Positions 42,871 through 53,417 of a stretch of DNA of 61,172 bases are shown here, piece by piece. A program made the position numbers and the translations under genes. The notes beneath the pieces are model-generated. The model worked only from the letters and a program-made list of their open reading frames with translations. It ran no database searches and was not told the DNA's origin. The stretch's first letter is position 1; each line of letters starts with the position of its first letter. The stretch covers positions 1 through 61,172 of IMG/VR virus record IMGVR_UViG_3300032053_000073; one strand, written 5' to 3'. Source of the DNA: a virus. Its lineage: Duplodnaviria > Caudoviricetes.

Positions 42871-45080
42871 TTAGTCCTAACGTCATGAGGATAAGACTCT
42901 ACTAATCCTGCATTTGTTATTCTTGCCATTCTGTGTTCTATTTTCAAATCAGATAAATTGCTGACACCTTGATACGCCATTCCAGATTGAAGCCCCTCAC
43001 ATAACCTTTTAACAATATTTCGTACAGGTCCTTTTGTTGGCACTAATGCAGCAACCCCTTCTATTCTCGATGTTTTATGAGTAGAACTCCCAACATATTC
43101 TTTATATTGCATCCCATCAATGGTCAGAATTGTTCCAGGCGTCTCGTCTGTGCCAGAGAATAAGTTTCCGGCCATAACAAGGTCCGAATAACAAAGCGCT
43201 TTAACACAGTCTCCAGAATTTTTCACGCCACCGTCAGCCATGATAAAAGCTTTTTTATTAGTTTTATGTTCAAACTCTACCTTGGCAGAATATGCATGCA
43301 TAATTGCGGTTAATTGAGGAACTCCATTACCCGTTTCAATTCTAGTTGTGCAAAGAGAATTGTGCACAATCATATTATTAGCTATAAAACTATGAGTACA
43401 ACAATCAACAGTAATATCATATACTGGAATTTCCATATTTAACTCTTCATATTTTAATATTTTAACTATTTGATAATCATCAGTCAATCTTTTTTCACCA
43501 GATTTTAATGTGCGCGATAGGTATGCCTCATTCATATTATCTATGTTACATCCTTTTAATCCTCCTATTCTCTTGCCGATAAAAGTATTATTTGGTAAAT
43601 GCCCGTTCAGCATAAAATGAATTACGTTAAATAATTCAATTATTTTAATTGAAGTGCTTGTTACACTTTTTCTCCCGTCGGTGGCATAGTGTCCATCACT
43701 ATCTAAAAGTCCATCATACAATCCAGTTAAATATTTTTTATTATTTACGAATAAATTTGCAGGTAAATGTTTGTTTTCTTTTTTATCAAATGTAAGTAAA
43801 AAGTCCGCTAAAGGTTTGTAATAAAATTTAACATCAATTGTATTTTTTGTCTCCACGATAATAGCGTCTTTATTAAAGATACTTTTAATAGATTTGACTA
43901 CTTTATTCGCGATATCAATTTCTTCTTTTCCAAAATACCATGATACCATTCCGGAATGGCTGCCTTTAGTAACAGTGCAGGATGCACAGCCGTTACCTAA
44001 AAATGTTCCAAATAAATATCCACTATCGTAATTTGGAACTATTTGAACATCTTCTGAATAAAAATATCCAGTCACACAATTACCAGCATCTCTTTTATTT
44101 AAAGATAAGTTAAAAGTTTCTGGCATTGTGAAATTTATATTTTTGGGGAAAAGCAGTACGTCATTTTGAGCATCAGAAATACGCTTCCATTTATATTTAG
44201 ATTGCTTCGGAATAGTTTTGCTTTTCCGATCTAAAATTTTAGCGTAACCGCTTGAAGATAAAGTATTATCTGACACCGATGATAAATCCCCAACCCAAAA
44301 TTGATGGTCCGTGGTAACATAAGTGTCATTATAAAATGAATTATTTTTTAATTTTACAACATTTTTTGTGCCAGTAGGAAAAGAAGCTAATACTTTAACT
44401 GATTTTCCATTTTTATTAATAACATAATCGCCAGGTATTATATTTTCAATATTTTTATATAAACCATTAGACATTAATATCCTTGTTCCAGCTGCAAAGC
44501 AACCAGGCCCAATACCAACTTTAACCATATCAGCACCGGCTTCAAACAATCTCATGGTGCCATCATAAGTCGCCACATTACCAGCAATCAAAAATACATT
44601 TGGATACTTTGAAGCAATATATTTAATCATATTAACGCACATTAATGAATCACCATGAGCAATATCAATACAGATTATTTTAACTCCTGCTTTAATTAAT
44701 TTGTGAAGATTGTCGTAATCTTCTGGTTTAACACCAACCGAAAATCCGACGTAGTCTAGAGGGTTTGAAGCAATATTACGATTAACTAATTTTGTGGCTA
44801 ACTCTATTTGATCTTCAATCGGCATAAATCTATGAACGACAGCCATTCCTTTAAGATTAAAAATCTCCTCCGCCATATCATAAGACGTTATAGTTTTCAT
44901 ATTGGCTGGAACAATCGGTATTTTTAATTTAATTCCTTTAGATAATTGAACTGATAAATCAATTTTAGAACGGCTTTCTATTTCTGAATACTGTGGAATT
45001 AATAAAATATCATCATATGTAAGCCCCTCAGCAAATGTTAAGCCTGTTTCAAATTGTTCAGTCATAAATAACGCCTCCAA
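42867..45080 (-). CDS. guaC: GMP reductase / IMPDH family protein (no CBS domains) with intein
   Basis: LTYDDILLIP, IDIAHG, GNVAT, GIGPG|S.CTTR, ADGG; KEYVGSS resembles GuaC-type YFGSAS more than IMPDH YRGMGS. Confidence 0.75.
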   Translation of the reverse strand: MEALFMTEQFETGLTFAEGLTYDDILLIPQYSEIESRSKIDLSVQLSKGIKLKIPIVPANMKTITSYDMAEEIFNLKGMAVVHRFMPIEDQIELATKLVNRNIASNPLDYVGFSVGVKPEDYDNLHKLIKAGVKIICIDIAHGDSLMCVNMIKYIASKYPNVFLIAGNVATYDGTMRLFEAGADMVKVGIGPGCFAAGTRILMSNGLYKNIENIIPGDYVINKNGKSVKVLASFPTGTKNVVKLKNNSFYNDTYVTTDHQFWVGDLSSVSDNTLSSSGYAKILDRKSKTIPKQSKYKWKRISDAQNDVLLFPKNINFTMPETFNLSLNKRDAGNCVTGYFYSEDVQIVPNYDSGYLFGTFLGNGCASCTVTKGSHSGMVSWYFGKEEIDIANKVVKSIKSIFNKDAIIVETKNTIDVKFYYKPLADFLLTFDKKENKHLPANLFVNNKKYLTGLYDGLLDSDGHYATDGRKSVTSTSIKIIELFNVIHFMLNGHLPNNTFIGKRIGGLKGCNIDNMNEAYLSRTLKSGEKRLTDDYQIVKILKYEELNMEIPVYDITVDCCTHSFIANNMIVHNSLCTTRIETGNGVPQLTAIMHAYSAKVEFEHKTNKKAFIMADGGVKNSGDCVKALCYSDLVMAGNLFSGTDETPGTILTIDGMQYKEYVGSSTHKTSRIEGVAALVPTKGPVRNIVKRLCEGLQSGMAYQGVSNLSDLKIEHRMARITNAGLVESYPHDVRTK
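43359..44501 (-). mobile_element. intein (381 aa, LAGLIDADG) in GuaC/GuaB
   Basis: GIGPG|CFAAGT..TTDH..FLGNG..GLLDSDG..VYDITV..IVHN|SLCTT. Confidence 0.92.
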
Positions 45081-45160
45081 AGATTAACATATATCCATAT
45101 CCTGATATTGTTAATGCATATCTTTCAAGTTAAATTAATTAAAAATCCAAGGCAAAATAC

Positions 45161-46051
45161 ATGTCATTTTCAAAAATCTTAGATATTTTCAGCAGCATTT
45201 TCAATAACAAAAATATAACAGATGTCTCAAAAGTTGCCGCAGCTGTTTTATCTGAAACTACCACGCAAACTATTGATACTGCAGAAATTATTAAAGTTAA
45301 TGATTTCGCTAATATACCAGCAAAGTCTTCTGATGCGGCTACAGGTTCAAAGTTTCTTCATGATAATATGAAAAATGACCACTCGTCTCGCGAAGCAAAT
45401 ATACTGCATGAGTTTCAAAAAGGCAATGTCCCAGATTTTTTAAGAAATTTTCAGCCAGTTCATGTTTCCTTGGGTGCAAATACAATTACTTACTTTGTTT
45501 CCCCAGATTATTTGAGCATTGGAACTAATAATGATTATTGTAGGATGCCTATGAACCCGATAACTGCCCAAAAAATAGCGGATTTATATGGCTGCGTTCT
45601 TCCAACAAAAAAAATGGTTGATGATATCTATAGATCTGCCGCAATAAAACTAGAGGCTGTTCCTCATGGCCCCCCGTATAATGAAGAAATGGAGGGGACT
45701 GCAAGATTCGAGTGGAGTAATGAACAAATCAAAAATCAATTGATTGGGAAAGAACCTGGCACATTAGTTGCAGGTCATAAGAAAGATATAATAATTGATA
45801 AAAGCCTATTGTCTCGTCGTGGTAATGTTTCCATATATGGTTGGTTCGCTCATGGTAAACCAATACAGGGAGTGAATAGTGTTAGTCATAGCATCAATTA
45901 TTCGGATTATGCACATGGAGTTAGACTAATATATTCAAAAGCAACTGTTAATGGTGCTGAAAAAAATATTTATGATATATTAAATGATGGATCGGTTTCA
46001 TCTTTAATTAACTCTGACGGGGCTTTTGATGCAAGAAAAATATACCGTTAA
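45161..46051 (+). CDS. uncharacterised protein, paralogue A
   Basis: GNVPDFLR, DYLSIG, AQKIAD..GCVLPT, LVAGHKKD, YSDYAHGVRL; matches 46813..47757. Confidence 0.7.
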   Translation: MSFSKILDIFSSIFNNKNITDVSKVAAAVLSETTTQTIDTAEIIKVNDFANIPAKSSDAATGSKFLHDNMKNDHSSREANILHEFQKGNVPDFLRNFQPVHVSLGANTITYFVSPDYLSIGTNNDYCRMPMNPITAQKIADLYGCVLPTKKMVDDIYRSAAIKLEAVPHGPPYNEEMEGTARFEWSNEQIKNQLIGKEPGTLVAGHKKDIIIDKSLLSRRGNVSIYGWFAHGKPIQGVNSVSHSINYSDYAHGVRLIYSKATVNGAEKNIYDILNDGSVSSLINSDGAFDARKIYR

Positions 46052-46820
46052 AAAATATTACGTTTACAAAATAACTAATACAATCAACGGAAAAATATAT
46101 ATTGGAAAAGGTGGTGGACGAAAACAAACCCGTTTCTTAGATCACATATACACTTCCACTAAACCAAAATCAAACTCATATTCGTTCTTACATAAAGCTA
46201 TCAATAAATATGGCAAAGATAACTTCACATATGAAATCATTAATTATTTTGATTCGGAAGATGAAGCTTATAGCCATGAAGAAAGTATGATTGGTTTGTT
46301 AAATTCTAACGACCAAAGTATTGGGTATAATTTATCTTCTGGCGGTAGGGCCGGTAGACATTCCACAAAATCGATAGAAAAAATGAGGTTAGCACACATT
46401 GGTTTCAAATATTCTGAAGAGTCAATCCAAAGAATGCGCGACTCTCACAAAGGAAAAATATCACAAGGCAGAATGTTCTCCAATGAACAGGTTAAAGATA
46501 TTAGAACCGAATACAATAATGATAGAATGTTAAAGAAGAAAAATATCATAAACAAATTATCGGCTAAATACGAATGTTCTTTTGCTACAATATGCGCAAT
46601 AGTTCGTTATCAAAATGCATACATGGAGGTCGTTGTTCCAGAGGCCAGCTTACCCGAAAACCATAAGGCTTGCTCGGTTTGTAATTTAGTGAAAAATAAT
46701 AATGAGTTTAATAAACAGGCAAAGTCCCCCGATAGTTTGGCATATAGGTGTAGGTATTGTGAAAATAAAGTAAAAAAAATAAGTAGAGATAAACTAAAAG
46801 ATTTGGACAATAATGGCTAA
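46026..46820 (+). CDS. GIY-YIG homing endonuclease
   Basis: YVYKITN..KIYIG, GYNLSSGG, C-terminal CxxC. Confidence 0.9.
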   Translation: MMQEKYTVKKYYVYKITNTINGKIYIGKGGGRKQTRFLDHIYTSTKPKSNSYSFLHKAINKYGKDNFTYEIINYFDSEDEAYSHEESMIGLLNSNDQSIGYNLSSGGRAGRHSTKSIEKMRLAHIGFKYSEESIQRMRDSHKGKISQGRMFSNEQVKDIRTEYNNDRMLKKKNIINKLSAKYECSFATICAIVRYQNAYMEVVVPEASLPENHKACSVCNLVKNNNEFNKQAKSPDSLAYRCRYCENKVKKISRDKLKDLDNNG

Positions 46821-47757
46821 TTTCCCGTCAAGACCAGCAACAGCATTACCGGGGTCGATTTTTATATCAAGCATAATGAAAATGGTAGGTTCTGGAAATC
46901 GTGATGATTTAATTTCTAACGAGATTATTCGTGGCAATTTTCCAAACTTTCTTCGCTCCCTAATACCTATAACAATATCTGAAGGCGGCTCTACGTTGGT
47001 TTATAACGTGCTTTCTGACTATATAGCGGTTGGAGACGATATCGATTATGTGCGAACTCCTCTAGGCGGTCCAGCAGCTCAGAAAGTGGCAGATGCTTTT
47101 GGGTGTATATTGCCAACTACAAAAATGTCAGATCAGATATGGAAATCGGCAAAAACAAAATTGCCGCCAAAACCATTATCAGGGGCACCTCAAACTATAG
47201 GTGGCAAAACTTATTCTGTTCAACAATTTCTTAGTGGAAAAATGACGGATACAGATACTTTTGAGCATCATAATCAAATCATTCAACAGCAATTAAAAGA
47301 ACGTGGGCATGTGCCTGGAGAACTTGTTGCAGGTAGTAAAAAAGATATAGTCCTTTCTAATGACATAGCTCCGGGCAAACTTGGGATTCATGGTATGCAC
47401 GAAATAGATGGAAGACCTCTACAACCAGGCGCCGCGTCTCCTCATATAGAGGATTATAACGATTATAGTTCTGGTGTACGATTAGTAGATCGTCAAGCAA
47501 AGTTAAACGGTAAACCTATTGATTTGATAAGAGATATATTGCAAAATCCAGAATATTCACATTTTGTTACTGATGGCGGAGTGCTACACAACATCGCTTA
47601 TAACTATGATGGTAAGCAAGATGTTAAATCGAAAGATATACCAGAAAAACGGCCAACGGAAATGATAGCTTTACAAAATAAGCCGACATCTTCATCATCT
47701 GGTAAAATAATGTTATTGAATCGGCTATATGATTTCCTAAATAAAATAAATATTTAA
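46813..47757 (+). CDS. uncharacterised protein, paralogue B
   Basis: GNFPNFLR, DYIAVG, AQKVAD..GCILPT, LVAGSKKD, YNDYSSGVRL. Confidence 0.7.
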   Translation: MANFPSRPATALPGSIFISSIMKMVGSGNRDDLISNEIIRGNFPNFLRSLIPITISEGGSTLVYNVLSDYIAVGDDIDYVRTPLGGPAAQKVADAFGCILPTTKMSDQIWKSAKTKLPPKPLSGAPQTIGGKTYSVQQFLSGKMTDTDTFEHHNQIIQQQLKERGHVPGELVAGSKKDIVLSNDIAPGKLGIHGMHEIDGRPLQPGAASPHIEDYNDYSSGVRLVDRQAKLNGKPIDLIRDILQNPEYSHFVTDGGVLHNIAYNYDGKQDVKSKDIPEKRPTEMIALQNKPTSSSSGKIMLLNRLYDFLNKINI

Positions 47758-47759
47758 TT

Positions 47760-48830
47760 TTAATCTCCTTCCCATTTAACAATTAATTCGTATCCAGCAT
47801 TTTTTATTAGATTTTCTCTATCTAATGTTTTTTTGTATAATTCGCCATAGGTTGTTTTTGTTCTTGGATTAATATCATTTTGATTAAAGTGTTTAGGGGA
47901 ACCATGCCAAAACTTACCATGAAATTCATAAACTGTATTTGTCTCTGGAACATAAGCATCGGCTCTTATATTTTTTTTACCAATCTTTATTTTTGCCTGC
48001 CGATATTTTGGCTCGATATTTAATGAGTCAAGCCATATGGTTTCTGATTTGGAAATAATATGGGTGCATTTTGGACAACCATGACCTCGCAGATGATCAA
48101 TTGGAATTTGTTTAAAATCACCATGAATACGACATGTTATCGTTACTTTCGTATAGTTATTTTTATAATCAACTTTTGTATAACTACATTTATCTCCATA
48201 CTTTCCAATGGCTTCTTTTATAAATTGTTCGGCATCTTTTGTCTTTGCGTATATAGCACATTCTGGACAACCTTGGCCTTGCAGATGATTACTTGGAGTT
48301 TGTTCAAAATCACCATGAATACGGCATATCATTATTACTTTTGTATAGGCATTAATATAATTAACTTTTGTATAAATCCATTTATCTCCATACTTTCCAA
48401 TGGCTTCTTTTATAAATTGCTCTGTATCTTTTTTTACATTTCCAGCACATTCTGAGCAGCTCCGCCCTTTCAGATGGCTACTTGGAGTTTGTTCAAAATC
48501 ACCATGAATACGACATGTTATCGTTACTTTCGTATAGTTATTTTTATAATCAACTTTTGTATAACTACATTTATCTCCATACTTTCCAATGGCTTCTTTT
48601 ATAAATTGTTCGGCATCTTTTGTCTTTGTGTATATAGCACATTCTGGACAGCCTTTACCTTGCAGATGACTATTTGGAGTTTGTTCAAAATCACCATGAA
48701 TAGGGCAAATTATGATTACTTTAGTTTTAGAATGAACATAATTAACTTTTGTATAACCATATTTTTTTAATGGATGAACAGTATTTGCTTTTTGTATGAA
48801 TTTTACCGTTTGTGTTAAGTCATTTACCAT
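47760..48830 (-). CDS. Zn-repeat (x4) + Vsr/EDxHD-like endonuclease
   Basis: four ~63-aa CxIHG..HL..C repeats; ADAY..YEFHGKFWHG. Confidence 0.8.
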   Translation of the reverse strand: MVNDLTQTVKFIQKANTVHPLKKYGYTKVNYVHSKTKVIIICPIHGDFEQTPNSHLQGKGCPECAIYTKTKDAEQFIKEAIGKYGDKCSYTKVDYKNNYTKVTITCRIHGDFEQTPSSHLKGRSCSECAGNVKKDTEQFIKEAIGKYGDKWIYTKVNYINAYTKVIMICRIHGDFEQTPSNHLQGQGCPECAIYAKTKDAEQFIKEAIGKYGDKCSYTKVDYKNNYTKVTITCRIHGDFKQIPIDHLRGHGCPKCTHIISKSETIWLDSLNIEPKYRQAKIKIGKKNIRADAYVPETNTVYEFHGKFWHGSPKHFNQNDINPRTKTTYGELYKKTLDRENLIKNAGYELIVKWEGD

Positions 48831-48867
48831 ATCTGATTGTTATATAGCATGTAGAGATATTATTAAA

Positions 48868-49653
48868 ATGTTTTATGTTTACTTAATTCAAAATAAATTA
48901 AATAATAAATTATACATCGGCAAAACCAATAATTTAACTCGAAGATGGAGCGAGCACAAAAAGGTTGCGTTTGGCGGAAAAGAAAAATATGGCAGAGGGT
49001 TTAGAGCTATTCATTGTGCTTTATCAAAATACGGAGCCGATAATTTTATATTTTTTGACATTGAGAGATTTGATAATGAGGTAGATAGTTATGATGCCGA
49101 GAAATTTTGGATAGAATTTTTTGGGTCTAATAAAAAACAATTAGGATACAATGAAACGTCTGGAGGGGAAGGGCTTGGATCCGGAGTCAGTCACCCTTTG
49201 TATGGAACTCACCCCACAAAAGAAACTCGGGAAAAACTTAGGGCCGCACAAAAAAGAAGAGTTCCAGTGCTAGGGCGTAAACATAGTATTGAAACTAAAA
49301 AACAATATAGTATAGATAGATCTGGTGAAAAAAATGCTATGTTTGGGAAAAAACAAACGGGTGTGGCTAAACTAAAAATAAGTATGGCTAAATTGGGCAA
49401 AAGCAATTCAATGAAAGGGACCAAAAAAACATATGAGCAAAGAAAAATAATTAGCGAAAATGTATTAAAATCTCTTTCAAAATTAAAGGGAGAAGATCGG
49501 CCAAATGCCAAATTAAGCAATGTGCAAGCGGCCGAAATTAGACATATATTTAAAAATAAAACGAAATCGCCAAAAGAAATTTGTCAAATATATAATATAA
49601 GTAAACCTACGTTATATAGAATAATTGGATTTAAAACCTACAAAATAGATTAG
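48868..49653 (+). CDS. GIY-YIG homing endonuclease with NUMOD3
   Basis: probable start MFYVYLI; KLYIG; GYNETSGG; HSIETK. Confidence 0.88.
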   Translation: MFYVYLIQNKLNNKLYIGKTNNLTRRWSEHKKVAFGGKEKYGRGFRAIHCALSKYGADNFIFFDIERFDNEVDSYDAEKFWIEFFGSNKKQLGYNETSGGEGLGSGVSHPLYGTHPTKETREKLRAAQKRRVPVLGRKHSIETKKQYSIDRSGEKNAMFGKKQTGVAKLKISMAKLGKSNSMKGTKKTYEQRKIISENVLKSLSKLKGEDRPNAKLSNVQAAEIRHIFKNKTKSPKEICQIYNISKPTLYRIIGFKTYKID

Positions 49654-49671
49654 TCTAGTTTTCTATATTAA

Positions 49672-50561
49672 TTACCCGTTATTTTTTAAAAAAACATCTT
49701 CCCACATTATTACTAAATTATATCCGGCATCTTTAATTAACCTTTCGCGGTCTAATGTTTTTTATATAATTCGCCAAAGGTTTTGTTATTTGTTTTATTA
49801 ATATCTTTCGATTTATATATTCTTGGATTTCCATGCCAATAATTACCATGAAACTCATAAACTGTATTTGTTTCTGGAATATAAGCATCAGCCTTTATAT
49901 ATTTTTTACCAATCTTTATTTTTGCTTGACGATATTTTGGATCTATGTTTAAAGAATCAATCCATATAGTTTCAGGTTTAGAGATAATATGGGTGCATTT
50001 TGGACAGCCACGACCTTGTAGATGATTATGTGGAGTTTGTTCAAAATCACCATGAACAGGGCATGTTATCGTTACTTTTGTATAGGCATTAATATAATCA
50101 ACTTCTGTATAAATCCATTTATCTCCATGCTTTCCAATGGCTTCTTTTATAAATTGTTCGGCATCTTTTGTCTTTGCGTATATAGCACATTTTGGACAAC
50201 CTTGGCCTTGCAGATGACTATTTGGAGTTTGTTCAAAATCACCATGAATAGAACAAGTTATCGTTACCTTTATAATGGCACTAATATAATTTACTTCTGT
50301 ATAAATCCATTTATCTCCATATTTTTTAACAGCTTCTTTTATAAATTGATCTGTGTCTTTTTTTGCAACTCCAGCGCATTTTGGACAACCTTGACCTTGT
50401 AGATGATTATGTGGAGTTTGGGAATAATCACCATGAATATCACATGTTATTATTACTTTTGTTTTTGCGCTAACATAAATAGTTTTATTATAATTCCATT
50501 TTGACTGGTGAATAACATTAGCCTTTTGTATGAAAATATTTGTTTTATTCAGAATCCCCAT
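49672..50561 (-). pseudogene. Zn-repeat (x3) + Vsr-like endonuclease with a 1-nt deletion near the 3' end
   Basis: A6 run at about 49758-49763 versus A7 in paralogue 47760; the missing tail TLDRERLIKDAGYNLVIMWED continues in another frame to the stop at 49672. Confidence 0.7.
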
Positions 50562-50774
50562 CTACTCTCGTTTTCTATAAACAATTCGTCCTTTTGTTGT
50601 ATCATATGGAGAGATTTCAACTTTTACTTTATCACCGATTAATATTTTAACGCTGTTCATTCTAATACGGCCAGCAAGTGTACACGTTATAACATGAGAA
50701 TCGCTAACCTTTACATTAAACAGCCCCTTAGATGAATCTACGACCTCTCCCTCAAATTCTAACATATCCGCCAT
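50562..50774 (-). CDS. infA: translation initiation factor IF-1
   Basis: EGEVV..F.V..GRIRMN..IL.GDKV.VE.SPYD.TKGRI.YR. Confidence 0.95.
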   Translation of the reverse strand: MADMLEFEGEVVDSSKGLFNVKVSDSHVITCTLAGRIRMNSVKILIGDKVKVEISPYDTTKGRIVYRKRE

Positions 50775-50779
50775 ATAAA

Positions 50780-51445
50780 TTATCCTCCTTTTAATATTTT
50801 GTTAATTAAACCACTTTCACGATTTATAATTTCCATAACCATTTCGTGAGGCGGATATACAGTTAGCCACCCCTTTTGTTTTTGACAAGGGAACATAACA
50901 AACCCTTCGATTTTTTGCTCAATAAAAAACTGAACATTTTTATTCTGCACAATAAGTGTTAAAGTCTCAAGTCCAAGATTAAGCGGTGAGCATATATTAA
51001 TTTTATTATTATAAACGTAATAAGTTCTTAAAAAATTATCAATACCCAAGAGTGCGAAAACGATATTATCTGTAAATATATCCTCATCTTTTCCTAATGC
51101 CACATATAATAATTTACTTATTTTTGCAATTTTATAAATAGGTAAATTATGATATAAGTCGGTGCAAATAATTCTTTTTCTATCTATACTTAAATCATCA
51201 AAAATTATACTTACTTTTTTATCTTCAGAAATATTAAGAGAATTACCGAACTCATCAAACCACTTATTATCAAGTTTATAATTTGTTGGCAAGCGTTTGG
51301 ACTTTAGCATTATTGATGGTTTTAATCGGCATAATCTGATGATATCGCTAAGATTTTCGTATCTTGAATAAGACTCTACTAATAATATTTTTTTATATAT
51401 CCTGTCATATAATCGTTCAATTCCTAAAGCTTTATTCCTGGGCAT
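50780..51445 (-). CDS. hypothetical protein
   Basis: ORF. Confidence 0.6.
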   Translation of the reverse strand: MPRNKALGIERLYDRIYKKILLVESYSRYENLSDIIRLCRLKPSIMLKSKRLPTNYKLDNKWFDEFGNSLNISEDKKVSIIFDDLSIDRKRIICTDLYHNLPIYKIAKISKLLYVALGKDEDIFTDNIVFALLGIDNFLRTYYVYNNKINICSPLNLGLETLTLIVQNKNVQFFIEQKIEGFVMFPCQKQKGWLTVYPPHEMVMEIINRESGLINKILKGG

Positions 51446-52085
51446 CGAACTCTGAATTATCTTCTTCTTTTGGTGTTCTATGCGGATGATTTTTTATCAA
51501 TGGCAAATGATCGACGCCTTTATTTTTAATCAAATCATTCCATAAAAGGTAAGTATTGCGGGTATCAGAAATAGCAGAGTGTTTTTCAGCAAATTTTCTA
51601 ATTTTCATCATATCGCAGCAGGCATGAAGATTTACGGCTGTTCTACCAGTTGCGGTTTTAATTAATTGCGTTTGTTGACCAATTGGCGATTTAAGATATT
51701 CTTGGGTCATCTTAATGGTATCTAAATACAGGTCTGCAGGAAACTCTTTATCTTTTGATCCCCATAGATTATGCAAAAAACGTTTATCGAATGATATTAT
51801 GTTATGTCCAATGATACATCTTGCATTTGGGGCCTGACCATCTTGCTCAAAAAAACGATTAACTTTATTTATGACATCAGATTTTGAAAGCCCTTTTTTC
51901 AAATCATCAATTGTTTTATTTGTTAATCTGAGGGCGTCATAACTAGCCCTTTCTGGATAATCGCATTTTACCATTTCCGTTAATTGAACTTTATCGGAAC
52001 ATCTAATTATTGATATTTCGGTAATTTCATTCAACTGGGAATTTAAACCGGTCGTCTCTAAATCCAGCACATAAAAATGCAGCAT
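51432..52085 (-). CDS. DEDDh 3'-5' exonuclease (second paralogue)
   Basis: LDLETTGL, GHNIISFD, HSAISDT. Confidence 0.9.
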   Translation of the reverse strand: MLHFYVLDLETTGLNSQLNEITEISIIRCSDKVQLTEMVKCDYPERASYDALRLTNKTIDDLKKGLSKSDVINKVNRFFEQDGQAPNARCIIGHNIISFDKRFLHNLWGSKDKEFPADLYLDTIKMTQEYLKSPIGQQTQLIKTATGRTAVNLHACCDMMKIRKFAEKHSAISDTRNTYLLWNDLIKNKGVDHLPLIKNHPHRTPKEEDNSEFDAQE

Positions 52086-52088
52086 ATG

Positions 52089-52931
52089 TTAACTAAGCTC
52101 CTTGGGTTTGTATGATTTATTATTTAATATGTTATGTATGGAAGAATTATTTACGTGAAACATTTTGCTAAGATTTTTTATTTTAATTCCAGATGATTTT
52201 AATAATCGTATTTCATCGGCAATTTCAATATTTAGTTTGCGCGTTTTTGGTTTCCAGTTATTTATCCAGCTCATGCACTCGTTATATTTTCTTTCTAATT
52301 TTAGGTCATTGCATTTATCATAGACATAACCAATGAATTTAATGGAGTGTCTACCGCTAATTTGAATGGATTTATTATTTTTTGGTATACAGCTATCTAT
52401 TCCAAACAAATTACAAAAATTTTTAATATCAATCTTCATTTGATTTGAAACAGATGAAATTATTATACGTGGTCTTTTAATTTTATTATTAAACTTACGT
52501 ATATGGCCATCCCCCTCAAACAACCCTCTAAGAAAGCACCATTTAAGTTTATTGTTTAATTTAGGCATAGATATAGTAGAATCTTTTTTTCCAAAAGATA
52601 TTGACAACGCTTTAATTATATCTTTTGTCATGGCAATTGAGCTAACGTCTAATATGCCCCATTCTTTATTATTATATTTTTTACAATGAACTGGCAAATT
52701 AGAACTTAATGACTTACTAAAAACTTCAAGAACATAACTATCATCATATTTTAATTTAATAGTAAACCTTTTTCGTCTTATATGTCCATCCGAGGCAATC
52801 CATCCTAAAAAATACGCTTTGTCTTCTGAGTTAATTTTAGAGAAATATTGTTCATTTTTAGTATACTTATTAAGGCGATTATTGGCTACATGCGAAAATT
52901 GTTTAAAATTAGATATATCGGTCAATATCAT
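52089..52931 (-). CDS. LAGLIDADG homing endonuclease
   Basis: AYFLGWIASDG and FLRGLFEGDG. Confidence 0.9.
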   Translation of the reverse strand: MILTDISNFKQFSHVANNRLNKYTKNEQYFSKINSEDKAYFLGWIASDGHIRRKRFTIKLKYDDSYVLEVFSKSLSSNLPVHCKKYNNKEWGILDVSSIAMTKDIIKALSISFGKKDSTISMPKLNNKLKWCFLRGLFEGDGHIRKFNNKIKRPRIIISSVSNQMKIDIKNFCNLFGIDSCIPKNNKSIQISGRHSIKFIGYVYDKCNDLKLERKYNECMSWINNWKPKTRKLNIEIADEIRLLKSSGIKIKNLSKMFHVNNSSIHNILNNKSYKPKELS

Positions 52932-53417
52932 CTAACCATGCTCTTTTATTATATAGGATGGAACAACATCAAGTTTTTGATATTTTTCTTTAATTGTTTT
53001 GTTCAGATATTGATAACCGCTAATAATTTTGCGACAACAAAATTGGCCACATTTACAATTCATTTGCCATTGTTCAAGCGTATCATTTGATGATGTTGAA
53101 TAATCAAATGTTATTTCCGTATCTGCTTTAATAACATAAAGTGACAATAAGAATGCTCTAGAGCCAACAATCACAAGGCCGCAGTTTGGATTGCAGCTGT
53201 GATTAATATAGTCATCAAATCCTCCTGACGGGCCAAGAAACTTATTTTTCCCAATTTGCAAAGTATATGATTGGTCATGTTTTAAAGTATCTCGTGTAAA
53301 AAAATCACCTTTAAATTCAAATATAATTGTTTTTGCCGGGACATCAACCAATGTATTGACACCATTACCATTTGCCGTTTCAATTATTATAAGATTTCTA
53401 TTAAAAACACTACTCAT
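52932..53417 (-). CDS. SET-domain protein with post-SET motif
   Basis: GNGV, INHSCNPNC, EITFDY, CKCGxxxCR. Confidence 0.9.
   Translation of the reverse strand: MSSVFNRNLIIIETANGNGVNTLVDVPAKTIIFEFKGDFFTRDTLKHDQSYTLQIGKNKFLGPSGGFDDYINHSCNPNCGLVIVGSRAFLLSLYVIKADTEITFDYSTSSNDTLEQWQMNCKCGQFCCRKIISGYQYLNKTIKEKYQKLDVVPSYIIKEHG

Noticed and set aside
48796-48867. Overlap of divergent ORFs 47760..48830 and 48796..49653
   Set aside because: The GIY-YIG gene more plausibly starts at 48868, which removes the overlap
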